The notes beneath the pieces are model-generated. The model was not told where the DNA came from, ran no database searches, and saw nothing but the letters and a program-made list of their open reading frames with translations. A stretch of DNA of 64,000 nt, taken from the human T2T-CHM13v2.0 reference genome, Homo sapiens. This document shows positions 48,300 to 63,632 of this stretch, piece after piece; positions within the stretch are counted from its first letter, which is position 1; every line of letters starts with the position of its first letter. The stretch spans positions 27,200,001-27,264,000 of the forward strand of contig CP068257.2 of NCBI GenBank assembly GCA_009914755.4. Direction: 5' to 3'. Made by a program: the position numbers and the translations under genes.

Positions 48300-48700
48300 G
48301 TCAATCATCTGCAAATGGACCCCGCCTGCTCCGGCTCAGGGCGGTGATAGTCACCGTTCCGGCCCTCCTCCACCGCACTTCTTCAGAAAGCCGCAACCCT
48401 TTCCCGTCAGAGCCCCTCCCCTCCTCGCACCCTGCCAGTTCGGCAGCCGCTGCCTCGAGCGCGTCCAAAAGCAGAAACGTGTCCTCCGCGGGCTCGTACA
48501 CGTCGCTGAAGGCGCCGCGGCCCACGTGCCCGTGGAACGGCGTAGCGAAGTTCTCCCCTGCCATAGTCCTTCGCTGCGTTCCATGCGCGTGCGCAGGGCG
48601 TGCGCATGCGCATGCGCATGCCCTCGCCCTCATGCGCAGGCCTAGGAGTGGGGCTGGCGTCCCGGGCGACCAGTGTGTTGTTGTTGGGTCTTAATTCTAA
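48300..48700. promoter_or_regulatory. N6AMT1: CpG island / N6AMT1 promoter with tandem NRF1-type palindromes (tgcgcatgcgcatgcgcatgc at 48601-48621) and further TGCGCA cores
   Basis: Very high CpG density; gcgtgcgcatgcgcatgcgcatgccc sits just upstream (in transcript terms) of the ATG at 48564; more TGCGCA at 48584-48597 and 48632-48638. Confidence 0.75.
48431..48564 (-). CDS. N6AMT1: N6AMT1 coding exon 1 (ATG at 48562-48564 on minus; 5'UTR extends to ~48600-48650)
   Basis: minus strand reads ATGGCAGGGGAGAACTTCGCTACGCCGTTCCACGGGCACGTGGGCCGCGGCGCCTTCAGCGACGTGTACGAGCCCGCGGAGGACACGTTTCTGCTTTTGGACGCGCTCGAGGCAGCGGCTGCCGAACTGGCAGG|gtgcgag = MAGENFATPFHGHVGRGAFSDVYEPAEDTFLLLDALEAAAAELA(G); good Kozak context (A at -3, G at +4); the six exons sum to 645 nt = 214 codons plus stop. 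Confidence 0.9.
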
Positions 48701-49384
48701 ATTTGTCAGTGGCTCTCCTTGAAATTGCTAAGTAGACAGTTGTATAATCCGTGACTATTGACATTTGCTTTCTTCTTTGGAACATTTAAATTTTATTCTG
48801 TGAACTAGAACCTGATAGTGGGCATTCTGAGTTGTTTTTGACTAAGGTGAATGTTCTTTCTTCATTCTAATGATATTTGGAAATTCTGTTTTATTCCTAG
48901 TTTGCAAGGATTTGAAAAAATACATAATAAATTTTACTGTTTTTTTGTCAGCTGAACTTTAAGCTTTACGCTATAAAGATGAAGACTTTCCTCGTTTTTT
49001 TACTGTACTTTATAAATTGCCTTCCTGATGAATCATGAATGCACTCTTTTTATAAACCTTAAGCAAGATGATGCGGTTTAATACACTGCTGAATTGGGGA
49101 GGCTAATAATCTGGCTCCGTTTTTTTTTTACCAAGATTACGCTACCCTCGTTATGTGAGTTAGGACACTGTTTCTGGAACATTAGGTAGAAAGCCTTAAA
49201 ACTGGCTGGGCTTGGTGCCTTTTTGAGTGAATGGATCTTTGATGTTTTGGAACATCTGTAAGTTATTAGACTATTCAAGTATTTGCATTCTTTTTGAGTC
49301 AATTTCTGAAATTTGTTTCGCAATGAAACATTTTTACAGCTCGTTTTTTAAATTTGAGAAATAAAAATACAGAAAAGTATTTGA

Positions 49385-49717
<333 letters not shown>

Positions 49718-50156
49718 GGCTGGGTTACAAATTTCAAAACCCCAAGTTTTAAACCCAGAAATGACAGTATTTTCTCATGTTTCCTTAAAATATTTTTTAA
49801 ATACAAGAACTAAAATATTACAAATAAGATGGATGTTCTTTCTCTATTTGCCTTCAGTTTAATTGTGTAACATTCTCTCCAAGGCTCTTATGGATTTAGT
49901 GTATGTCCATCTAATCCATGTAAAAACATGGATCTTGCATTTATACGTTTATAAACATTCATATCTTTATAAGCAACATACGGTGTATTTTAAAATTTAC
50001 ATAACTGGTACTAGGTTGGACATATTTTTCAAATTTCTTTTTCAGTCAACATTATATGAGATTTATGTTTTGATATATGGTTAGGTTACTCCTCTTAACT
50101 GCCATATAGAATTTTATTATGTAAAAATATGAAATATATATATATATAGAAAGAGT

Positions 50157-50245
50157 TGTACTTGATCTCCTGGGTTCAAGCGATCCTCCTCCCTCAGCCT
50201 CCTGAGTAGCTGGAACTGGAACCATAGGTGCTCTCGCACCCAGTA
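50157..50245. mobile_element. Short Alu right-arm fragment at the 3' boundary of the HSPD1 pseudogene
   Basis: gatctcctgggttcaagcgatcctcctccctcagcctcctgagtagctggaactggaaccataggtgctctcgcaccc. Confidence 0.6.
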
Positions 50246-52561
<2,316 letters not shown>

Positions 52562-52985
52562 TTGTTCTAATTCTTAAAGGAAAGGCTTTCAGCTTTTCCT
52601 CGTTGAGTATGATGTTAGCTGTGGATTTGTCATATATACCCAGTTTGCGTGTATTTTTTTACCCACAACATGTTCAACATTTTTATCATAAAGGAACACT
52701 GAATTTTATTGAATGCTTTTTCAGCATCTATTGAAATGATTACATGGCTTTTGTTCTTGGTTCTGTTGACATGATGTATCACACTTGTTATTGATTTGTG
52801 CATGCTGAACCATCCTTGTATCCCTGGGATGAATCCCACTTGATCATGGTGAATGACCTTTTTAATGTGTTGTTGCACTCAGTTTGCTAATATTGCATTG
52901 AGGATTTTTGCATCTATGTTCATCAAGGATATTGGCTTGTAGTTTTCTTTTTTTATTGTGTCCTTGTCTGGTTTTGGTATGTCAG

Positions 52986-53032
<47 letters not shown>

Positions 53033-53075
53033 AACATTAGTGACTCCATTTTGATTCTGACAACTTTCACAGTAG
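52562..53075 (-). mobile_element. L1 ORF2 (RT-domain) fragment with an internal (GT)n microsatellite; abuts the HSPD1 pseudogene 5' end in the same orientation
   Basis: minus ORFs [78 protein letters not shown]...KYTQTGYI; (gt)21 at 52989-53030. Confidence 0.85.
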
Positions 53076-53130
53076 TTAGTGAAATAATAATCTAAGATAG
53101 ATAATTTTTTTCATTATTTTTATTTTTTCT

Positions 53131-53415
53131 TTTGAGACAGGGTCTCATTCTGTCACCTAGGCTGGAGTGCAGTGGTGCCATCATGGCTCGCTCCAGCCTT
53201 GACCTCCTGGGCTCAAGCAATCCTCCCATCTCAGCTTCTCAAGTAGCTGGGATTACCGCACATGCCACTGCACCTGGTTAATTTTTAATTTTTTTGTAGA
53301 GATGGAGTCTCTCTATGTTGCCCAGGCTGATTTCAAACTCCTGGGCTCAAGCAGTTCTCCCGTCTTGGCCTCCAAAGGTACTAGCATTACAGATGTGAGC
53401 CATTGCACCCAGCCA
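53131..53415 (-). mobile_element. Alu (older, AluJ-like)
   Basis: gagacagggtctcattctgtcacctaggctggagtgcagtggtgccatcatggctc...cattacagatgtgagccattgcacccagcc. Confidence 0.85.
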
Positions 53416-53419
53416 ATAG

Positions 53420-54725
53420 ATCATTTTAAATGCATCTTCAAGAATGGTTCTAAAGCTTTAGAACCATATAATTTGTTCAAATTGTTTTTTGTTGCTATAA
53501 AGCCTCAAGGTTGACCAACACTTAAAACACTATGATACAGAGTAGGAGAAAATATTTGCAAAAGACATATCTGATAAAGGACAGCTATCCAAAATATGCA
53601 GAGTATTAGAACTCAAGAATAAGAAAAGGAACAACCTGGACAGACACCTCACCAAAAAGAAAAGACCCGGACAGACACCTCACCAAAGAAGACATGTGGA
53701 CGGCAAATATGCATGTGTAAGGATCCTGAAAATGATATGGCATTAGGAAATTGCAAATTAAAGCCACAATGAGATACTGTTACACACTTATTATAATGGC
53801 CAAAATCTAAAACACTGACAACAAATGCTGAAGAGAATGTGCAACAATAGGAACTTTCATTCATTGCTGGTGGGAATGCAAAATGGTACAGCTACTTTGG
53901 AAGACAGCTGGGCAATTTCTTACAAAACTAAACATACTTTTACCATACACTCCAACAATAGTGCTCTTTGGTATTTACTCAAATGAGTTGAAAACCTGTG
54001 TCTACACAAAAACCTGCACACTGATATTTATAACAGCTTTGTTCATAATTGCCAAAATTTAGAAGCAATCAAGATGTCTTTCTCTAGGTGAATGGGTAAA
54101 TAAACTGTGGTACATCCAGAAAACAGAATATTATTCAAAACTAAAATGAAATGAACTATCAAGCCATGAAAAGACATGGGGAAAACTTAAATGCATATTG
54201 CTAAGTGAAAGAAGCCAATCTTAAAAGGCTATATACTGTATGATTCTAACTATATGACATTCTGCAAAACACAGAACTATAGAGGTAGTAAAAAGAACAG
54301 TACTTGCCAGGGGTTAAGGAGGAGTGAGAGATAAGTAGATGGAACACAGAGGATTTTTTAGAACAGTGAAACTATTGTTTATGATACTATAATTGTGGAT
54401 ACATGTCATTATACATTTGTCCAAAGCCATAGAATATACAACATCAAGAATGAACTCTAATGTAAGCTATGGATTTGGGGTCATAAATGTGTATAAATGT
54501 AGGTTTGTTGATTGTAACAAATGTACCACTCTCTTGTGTGAGGCTGATAGTCGGGGAGGCTATGTGTGTGTGTCAGGGGGTGCAGAGTATAGATGGGAAC
54601 ACCCTCTACTTTGTACTCAATTTTGCTGTGAACCTAAAACTTCTCTGAAAGATAAATTTTATTTTGAAAAACACTATGATACACTAAAACTTCTTTTGTC
54701 CTTATTTGGTAATACTTAGAAATAT
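53420..54725 (+). mobile_element. Ancient L1 (L1MA/L1MB-like) ORF2 C-terminus and 3'UTR
   Basis: + translation ...NLDRHLTKEDMWTANMHV...IRKLQIKATMRYCYTLIIMAKI.NTDNKC..ECATIGTFIHCWWECKMVQLLWKTAGQFLTKLNILLPYTPTIVLFGIYSNELKTCVYTKTCTLIFITALFIIAKI..Q typical of L1M ORF2 C-terminus. Confidence 0.8.
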
Positions 54726-56129
54726 AATTTTATTAAGATTATATTTAAAAGTAGAGTCAAAAGATATGCATGTTTTAGTGAAATATCTTCTATTGTTATT
54801 ACTATCATCATAGTTATTATTATTTGACTTAGAAATCCTCAGTAGACATTATGAAATTAGAGATCAGTAATGTTCTAGTTGAAAAAGACATATACTTGAT
54901 AAAATTGCTTCTTATTCTTTTGGCGTTACTGTGGTTAAGAGTCTTGTGCTGTAATGATCTCAGTTAAAAATAGTAAAAAGAATCTCTTGAATATTGTGGT
55001 GGACTCTGCACAGTTCATGCAACAAGAGGCATGGTTACCTGCCCATATAGCTTTGTTTGTATCAGCCAGTTGAAATGTCAACATGGTTCCTTATCCACTG
55101 AATAATTTCACAACCCTCCTCTTAATTTGGTTGCTTTGGACACATTCTATCCTGGAAACAAAATCTAGGCTTCATAATACATTCGGAAATAATAGATTCA
55201 TGTTCTTTTTTTCCAGCTGGTACTGGTAGAGTTTACACATTTACTCCTGCACCATAGGAACAGCTGCTTAAAAAGCTGAAGTGTGTATTTGATTCCATTA
55301 CATTGGCACAATAGAAAGTCACGTAAAAGAGGGAGACTCTCTCAGCTTCTCCATATTTGGAAAATTAATTCTTTTAAGTGCTTTAAAAAAAATCTCTACA
55401 GGTGGTCAGACTCTATGAACTTAGGACCAGAAATGACCTCATCACCTTCAGCTGGTCTAAAGTTGTCTTTGGCTGCTGCACACTTCACAAAATCTTGTTA
55501 ATTATGATTGTTTTTCCTAGTTATAAGTCCTTCTGGATACATTTTTATAGCATTTATTTTTATCGCTTACATAACTACATAAAATATTTTCATTGGTGTC
55601 AAAATGTCATGTTATTGCCAAATAGATTCCATTTCAATTTCTAGAAATTATTGGAAAGTTAATACCCACATTTTAATGGCACCCTTGCTGTGGTATTAAA
55701 TCATGTTTTATTGAAATTCACAAGAATCAAAATTACACTGCGTTTATCCAGAATAAAGCACTAGAACAGTTACTTTTTGGCCGTCTTGCCCATTAATTTC
55801 TATGCTTGCACTTTCTCTTTAGACAAGCAATGAATGAAATTTAGTGTCTTTCTAGAATTGAATTCTCATGAAAGTGATTGTCATATACACACTCATCATC
55901 TACTTCTCTTTTCAGCTCAGTGATATTTAGTTCAAGAATTGGTAGGTGAATCTTTTCCCTGGCTTATAAAACTTCACCCTATTTATTTCTATTTCAAGAA
56001 AAGTAAAAATATTTTAAAAAGTAAAATTAGGCAAGAAAGTCATCTTGCTAGCTAGGCATTTGGTTTCTCCTTAGAGGTGTTATTTAAGAAAACTCAGTCC
56101 CCTAGACATCATTTCAAGAACATAATTGT

Positions 56130-56760
56130 TTAGCTGCAAAGCTACAGTTTTGGGTAGAAAATTCCCTTTGAGGGTTGCACATTGAACCCATATTTAGAGA
56201 ACCTGAGAAATGAGCTTTCAGCAGCAATCCCATTTACTCTTCTCCCCACAGCCTGGGGCATCTGGAAGAAGCCACCAGGAAAGCTGGAGGATGACTAAAG
56301 GGCTGAGTTTGATCCAGTTTGCCAGATTAGGTCCATCGCCCTGAGGCCCTTTTTTGCCTAGGTCCTGCATATTCCATGCTATAGACTGAATTACGTCCCT
56401 GTAAAATTCGTATTTTGAAGCCTTAACCCCCAATGTCACAGTATTTGGAGATGGGGTCTTTGGGACATAATTAAGTTTAGATGAGGTCATGAGGCCATGG
56501 GATTAATACTCTTAAAAGAAGTGGCATCAGAGAGCTTGCTGTGTCTCTTTCTGCCACTATGAGGACACAGTGAGAAGGCAGACATCTGCAAGCCAGAAAG
56601 AGGGATCTAGCTCCAACCATGCTGGTGCATGAAGACTTCCAGCCTCCATAACTGTGGAAATAAATGTCTGTCGTTAAGCCACTCAGTCTATGGTATTTTG
56701 TTATTGCAGCATGAGCTGAGGAATAGAAATGGTCCCCAACCTAACAATGGTTCCACTTAA
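56130..56760. mobile_element. MaLR/MST-like ancient LTR-type repeat (family uncertain)
   Basis: cacagtatttggagatggggtctttgggacataattaagtttagatgaggtcatgaggccatgggattaatactcttaaaagaag...gaggacacagtgagaaggcagacatctgcaagccagaaagaggg...cttccagcctccataactgtggaaataaatgtctgtcgttaagccactcagtctatggtattttgttattgcagc resembles a common ancient LTR consensus. Confidence 0.5.
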
Positions 56761-56978
56761 TGCTTTTTTGACTTTATGATGGTGCAAAAGTGAAAAGCAT
56801 TCAGTAGAAATTGTAATTGGAGCATCCATACAGTCATCCTGGTTTTTACTTTCAGTATAGTATTCAAAAAATTACATGAGATATTCCACACTTTATAAAA
56901 TAGGCTTTGTTGTTAGATGATGTTGCCCATCTGTAGGCTAATGTAAGTATTCTGAGCATGTTTCAAGAAGGTTAGGCT

Positions 56979-57300
<322 letters not shown>

Positions 57301-58139
57301 CTACAATATTCTGTAGATTCGGTGTATTAAATGCATTTTAAACTTAAGATATTTTCCATTTATGATTAGTTTATTGTGACATAACCCCATCACAAGTCAA
57401 GGTGTATCTGTCCATCCCCCAAGGACAAGAGACTTGGAGCCTGAGCACACAGGGATGGTGCAAACTCAGATGTTGGTCCAGACAGTTCAGGAACACATGT
57501 TTTAAAATTGGAATTGTTGCCTCAATTTTCTCTTTCAGTGTGTAAATGGAACCTCCAAATAAGATTAAATTGAAGAGAAAGCATTAAAGGGCAGTATTCC
57601 AGTGGAATCCATGAACAGTTTGTAAGTAAAATTACTTGTTTGTTTGCACTGATTTGCTAAGGAAGGAAAATTTTAAAAGTAGTCGTTGTTCTTAAGAAAG
57701 TTAAATTTATAGTTTAAGTTATGGTATATTTTATACTGGGCACTGTGCCTTCCTCATAATATTCTTATTAAATATTTGTTGATTTAAGATGTTTTTTACT
57801 TCATCACATGTATTTAGCAGAGTAAATTCTTATAAAAGAATTTTATCACATTCTTGTGACAAAGTATACTCCATGCTAAATGTGGTACTAATTACTTGAG
57901 TGTGAAGGTGAAGATTTTTCCTGGCAAATTTGGAACAGCAGCTTAAAAAATAGGTAATACACAGCTGAAGAGTCTTTCTTTCCAGATTCAACTCATATAC
58001 CTACTATCTTGACTTTCTCTAAGCCTATATATTTAAATTCTAGAAACCACCACATTCACTTATTAAACACAAATGCCAAGCATGCATCTAATATTTATTA
58101 CGTTACATTTTTATTTTTATGAAATACTGATTGAAACAA

Positions 58140-58500
58140 ATAGTCACCCAGGACAGGGGTCCCGAACCCCTGGACCACGGACTGGTATTAGTCTGTGGCC
58201 TGTTCGTAACTGGGCTGCACAGCAGGAGGTGAGTGGCAGGTAAATGAGCATTACTGCCTGATCTCCGCCTCCTGTGAGATCAGCGGCGGTGTTAGATTCT
58301 CATAAGAGCACAAATCCTATGGTGAACTGCGCATGTGAGGGATGTAGGCGGTGTGCTTCTTATGAGATTTTAATTAATGCCTGATGATTTGAGGTGGAAC
58401 AGTTTTATCCTGAAACTATCCCCTCTGCCTCCTGGCCATGGAAAAATTGTCTTTCACGAAACTGGTCCTTGGTGCTAAAAAGGCTGGGGACCACTGATCT
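58140..58500. mobile_element. Non-autonomous DNA-transposon-like element (MITE) with terminal inverted repeats (TIRs); likely hAT-type, family not named
   Basis: caggacaggggtcccgaacccctggaccacggactggta...at the start and ...ggtccttggtgctaaaaaggctggggaccactg at the end form an imperfect TIR; internal ...gcacagcaggaggtgagtggcagg...ctccgcctcctgtgagatcagcggcggtgttagattctcataagagc matches a common human DNA-transposon consensus I recognise but cannot name. Confidence 0.5.
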
Positions 58501-59464
58501 AGGGCATAGCTAGTTTTTGCCATAGCTATGTCATAACTAGATGTGTTGTGATAAAATCTCACCTGTAGATCTGAGTTGAGCATATCAGCCTATTTCACTG
58601 TGGTAGACAATTCTGTCTGCCGTGGTCCTCCAAAGATATTCACATCCTAATCCCCAGAACCTGTGAATATGATGCTTTACATGGCAAAAGGGAGTTTGCA
58701 CACATGATTAAGTTAAGGATCTTGATGTGGGGAGACTGTCTTGGATTAACCAGGTGGGTTCAATGTCATCAGAAGGCTCCTCCTATGAGGAAGGAAGAGA
58801 GTCAGAAATAAGAGTAGGATATATGATGTTCAAGCAGAGGAGAGAGAAAGAGAGAGAGAGATTTGAAGATGATATGCTGCTGGTTTTGTTTTGAAGATGG
58901 ACGAAGGGGCCCTGAGCCAGGGAAAGCAGGCCACCTCTAGAAGCTGGAAAAGGCAAGGAAATGAAATCCCCCAAGAGCCTCCAGAAGGAACACAACCATG
59001 CCAACCTGTTTTAGACTTCTGATCTCCTGAACTGTAAAATAATAAATATGTGTTGTTTTAAGGCAATAAATTTGTGATAATCTGTTATAGTAGCAATAGG
59101 AGAAGAATACAGCAAATCAACACTGATTTTATTTTCTTAACATGGTGCAACTAATACCAACTTAAAAGCAATTTAAACTTTACACACTAGTTGTCAAATT
59201 CTCTAAAGAGACAAACCTAAATGAATATGAGACTAATTTAACCTTCTGACATCTATGGGCACACTGAAGACTGGGAGAACTGGTAGTGTTCACGTGGTGT
59301 TTGTCCAACCCTTTAACCCAGCACCCTCTAGACCTGCACTGTCCACCCCACCTGGAGCTACTGTGCCCTGGAAATGTATCTAGAATGTAATGGGATGTGC
59401 AGGAAGTCTAAGATACACTGTGGATTTTGTAAAGAAGAGTGCAAAATACCTTGATAATTTTTGT

Positions 59465-59755
59465 TTTGTTTCGTTTTTGAGACAATCTTGTTCTGTCATC
59501 CAGGCTGGAGTGCAGTGACACAACGTCAGCTCACTGCAACCTCCTCCTGGGTTTAAGTAATTCTCCTGCCTCAGTCTCCCAAAAGTAGCTGGGACTACAG
59601 GCACGCGCCACCATGCCTGGCTAATTTTTGTGTTTTTAGTAGAGACAGGGTTTCACTATGTTGCCCAGGCTGATACAAACTCCTGACCTCAAGTGATCCA
59701 CCTGCCTCAGCCTCCCAAAGTGCTGGAATTACAGGTGTGAGCCACTGCACCTGGC
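59465..59755 (-). mobile_element. Alu
   Basis: gagacaatcttgttctgtcatccaggctggagtgcagtgacacaacgtcagctcactgcaacc...ggtgtgagccactgcacctggc. Confidence 0.9.
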
Positions 59756-62717
59756 AATAATTTTAAAATATTGATCACATGTTGAAATGATACTAGTTTG
59801 GATATATTGGGTTAAATAAAATATATTACTAATTTTAATTTTAACTTGTTTTAACTTTATGAATGCTGTTACAGGAAAGCTTAAATTACATATATAAGTC
59901 ATATTTTATTTCTATTGGACAGTTGCTCTAAACAGATGAATTCTATGTAATGATGTAATTAATATAATGTAGGTTACTTATGTCAATTGATAGATTATTG
60001 ATTAATCATTAGACTGCTGCAGTTGAGAGAGTTAATGGATTTTATATATATTTATGCAGTTTAAAACTAGCATCTCCATTTTTTGTAGTCATATTTTGCC
60101 AGAGTCTGACCTCTACAAATCTCAAATTAAATTGTGGTGAGTTAAGTCAGACTTTGAAAAAAATATCTGGACGAATGCCTAAGGAATAGTGAGAAATCCT
60201 GTTGGCAGCTCAAAGGTGGCATTTTTGGATGGCGGGAGGTAGGGTTTTCTGTGGTGGGTGAAAGTGACCTTTGTGGATGTTTTGTTGCTTTTTTTTTTAA
60301 AGGAAGGAAAAGTAGTCCATACCTATGAAGACATTGTTACTATAAAAACCTTAATTTAGGTAATTTTTTTTGGTAAAATGAAAAACATATTTTTTCCTTT
60401 TAGTGTAGGAATACTTACAGGGAAGACACAGAATTAAAAAGAGGAGGCAGCTTGCTGGGATGAAAATCACCCAGTTGAAGACATTAGGAAAGACCTAAAC
60501 CTTGTGGCTTCATTAACACATGTGTGTCTGGTTAGGAATAGAATATGCTACCAATAGAATGATTAGGTTAGAGCTTCCTAGACCATTGGCAAACTAATTT
60601 TTTTTGGGGGGGGAACAAATTTATTTTGATTTTTCTGAAAATATCAGGAACTATGAAAAACAAGGTTGATATTTGGCTGTACCAAAAGCAAAGTACAAGT
60701 AAAAATAACATTTGAAAACCATGTTTAACCTTAGAGAAACATGTTTTAAAATACAAAGTTTAACATTCTTTTCTCTACAGATTTAAACAAGTTTTCTAAA
60801 CCACAAGACTGCAGGTTTTTTTTTTTAACTGACATAATTTTTTAGAAGAAAAAACTAAAGGGGAATAAAAAGCACTTACCTCCTACCCTGGAATCTCATT
60901 ATTTATAAAATAACATGCTCAAATATCAGTGAAAATAAACAGTTGATAAACCTGAAAAGTCTTTTAATGAGTTCAGGTTACAACCGAACGCAGGATTTTG
61001 TAGCTGGGAAAGAACAGCTTGTATAACAACCAAGCCTTACCAAATACAAATAGAGATAAAAGGCAATTAAAAGCAAATTATAAAATCAAAATATTTCCGT
61101 AGAGTGGCAGCCTTCACAAAGTAAAAACAACTTCGTTCCACAGAATTGTATGTTCTGTAGGCATATGGTCAATTCTTTTCCGAGTCCTTTTGTCTTGCAC
61201 TATCAAAATAAAAGAATCTTTGTCTTGGAGCAAGTCTGCTAAAGAAGGCACCAAAATTCTATCCTCCCTATTCCCCTAAATAATATTAATAAACCTCTTA
61301 TCAATCCTTTCAAGGTAACTTCAACGCCATTAAGAATTAATATTCTAAATATGTAAAGCTATAGAAGGAAGGTCCTGCCTATTCTCTTTGCCCCTCTCAA
61401 ATCATTCTAGTCTGGTTTACCAAACAGAACCACTAGCTAAGAGGATAGAAATATGTTCCCGTGTTCACTAGCCATTAAATAAACATAGCCACTTGTGCAG
61501 GAAGCCTAACGTTTTTACTACTTCCTAACTTTTTAAAACTTAAGGATAAGCCCATTTCCACAAGCTAACTTTACAGCTCCTTAATATTCTTAATCTGGAT
61601 GGTTTACTTTGCAGACTTTGTTGGTGTCTGCCTTTTTCAATTATTTTACCCAAAAATAGGCCTTGAAAAAACTTTCAAATTCAGGAAACCCCTGCAGGGA
61701 ACCCTCATGGTGTGTGAGTGTGAGCACTAAGTTGAAGAATACTCTTATTTCACAGAAATGTAGGACTGTCAGACTAGGGCTGAGTTCATTCTCTTCCTTC
61801 AGAGACAAAATTTCAAGCTGAGCAGATTTGGAGAAAGGGTTCCCCATACAGTCATATACTAGTGCTGGGAAAAGGAGAGAAAATACTACTTAATTGTGTT
61901 TTGTGGTTCCTCCAGGTGGGTTATAGCAAGATTTGAGAGTTGTACTCTTCATTTTCAAGTCCAAGTGGCTGCAGAAACATTTCAATAATTCCCCTGGAAA
62001 GGTAGCAAATCAGTTTCCTTTTTGATCTAAGACTCTTGTCACTTTAAGAAAAAAAATTTTCTCCAGGACCTTTCAGAGACTTGTTCATTTGTTCATGTGA
62101 TGAAAATCGTCTGCTAAATCGGCTAGTTTCTGTAGCTATTTTTCATTTCCAAAGCATTCAGCAAAAGCTGGCTATTTTCTTGTAAGTACTCTGGCAATTC
62201 ACCTTTCAACTCAAAAGTCCTGTAGAGAACTCTTCCTCTGAAAAGCCACTGGATATCTGTATGGTACAGGAGGTTTATGCGCTGTTTGTCCAGGTTTTTG
62301 TTTTGGGTGTTTTTATTTTTTTAACATTTTTGCATAAATGGGTCTTTGATACAGGTAACCAGTTTTGTAGCATTATTCAGAATGTCATTGTATCTTCAAG
62401 TTTTTGATATCAGCATCTCTGTGAAGAAAGCAGTGTGCTATAGCGTCAACATCAGGATTTCTTTCTTCTTTTTTTTAATGATGCAAAATGACTTATGGAG
62501 ACAACCACTGATGGGGCACCAGGAGTGTAGATAACAGACCTCTGGTTATCAGATATGATATCACAACATTGTATATTGGCCTTTGTTTTGGCAGGCTCCT
62601 AGCAATAGAAAAAGTTTTCTTTGAATTTCATCACTTACAAATCTTACAAATGCTACAGCATGACAAATATTAGTGAAACCCGTTGACTCATCATCCTGGA
62701 TAGAGAAGCTGCTGCTT

Positions 62718-63008
62718 TTCTCTTTTTTTGAGACGGAGTCTTGCTCTGTCATCAGGCTGGAGCACAGTGGCGTATCTCAGCTCACTGCAACCTCCGCCTC
62801 CTGGGTTCAAGCAGTTCTCCTGCCTCAGCCTCCCGAGTAGCTGCGACTACAGGCACACGCCACCACGCCCAGCTAATTTTTGTATTTTTAGTAGAGACAG
62901 GGTTTCACCATGTTGGCCAGGATGGTCTCCATCTCTTGACCTTGTGATCCTCCTGCCTCGGCCTCCCAAATTGCTGGGATTACAGGCGTGAGCCACTGCA
63001 CCCGGCCT
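62718..63008 (-). mobile_element. Alu
   Basis: tttttttgagacggagtcttgctctgtcatcaggctggagcacagtggcgtatctcagc...ggcgtgagccactgcacccggcc. Confidence 0.9.
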
Positions 63009-63632
63009 GAAGTTGCTGCTCTTCAGTTAATGACACAAAACCTTTGTAGCATCGTATGAGATATCATCAGTAAATCAACTTACTGAGAATAAAGTCTTTT
63101 CAATTTTGTACTGCATCCTGCCCCAGCATTTTAATGTTATTAGATTCTCATCAACTATGCATATTTTTCTTTCCTGAGATAAGTTCTGCTAGTAAATAAT
63201 TTGCTTTCAAAACATTTTGACTAAACGTGATTTTTGAACAGAAGCCGTACTGTTTTGATGGTCCAAAAGCCAACTGAAGATAATGAATATCCTTTCTTGT
63301 CAAGTGCCTGTGATTTATAGTTACAATTTTTAGTTTTGTAAGTTGCATGCCACAGACAATGCACAGTGGGACAGGACAGCTTGGACTGAGTCCATATTAA
63401 ACCCTTAAGGAGCAGCTTTCATTATAAAGACAGAATCTCTTTGTGTCCCTTGTTGTACTAGAATACTGAAGTATACTCAGAAGACCAAAATTCTTCATCA
63501 CCAACCTTTTCAGAAATGTCTGTAGCTCTGTGCCTAAAATGCCTCTCTTCTTTCTCACATCTTACCTTCCAAAATTGCAGCACTGAACTGTCAGCTTTGT
63601 TACACACAAATGTTAATATAATATAAAAACAG

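Noticed and set aside
48082-48694. Several 70-187-aa ORFs on the + strand and alternative minus frames over the CpG island
   Set aside because: A GC-rich CpG island gives long stop-free frames by chance. They overlap N6AMT1 exon 1 and its 5'UTR, and only the minus-strand MAGENF... frame matches a known protein.
52879-53070. ORF containing an (HT)n run ([14 protein letters not shown])
   Set aside because: This is translation of a (GT)n microsatellite inside an L1 ORF2 fragment.
54393-54719. 108-aa + strand ORF (MWIHVIIHLSKAIEYTTSRMNSNVSYGFGV...)
   Set aside because: It lies in the degenerate 3' portion of an ancient L1M element, and its composition and context match decayed L1 sequence.
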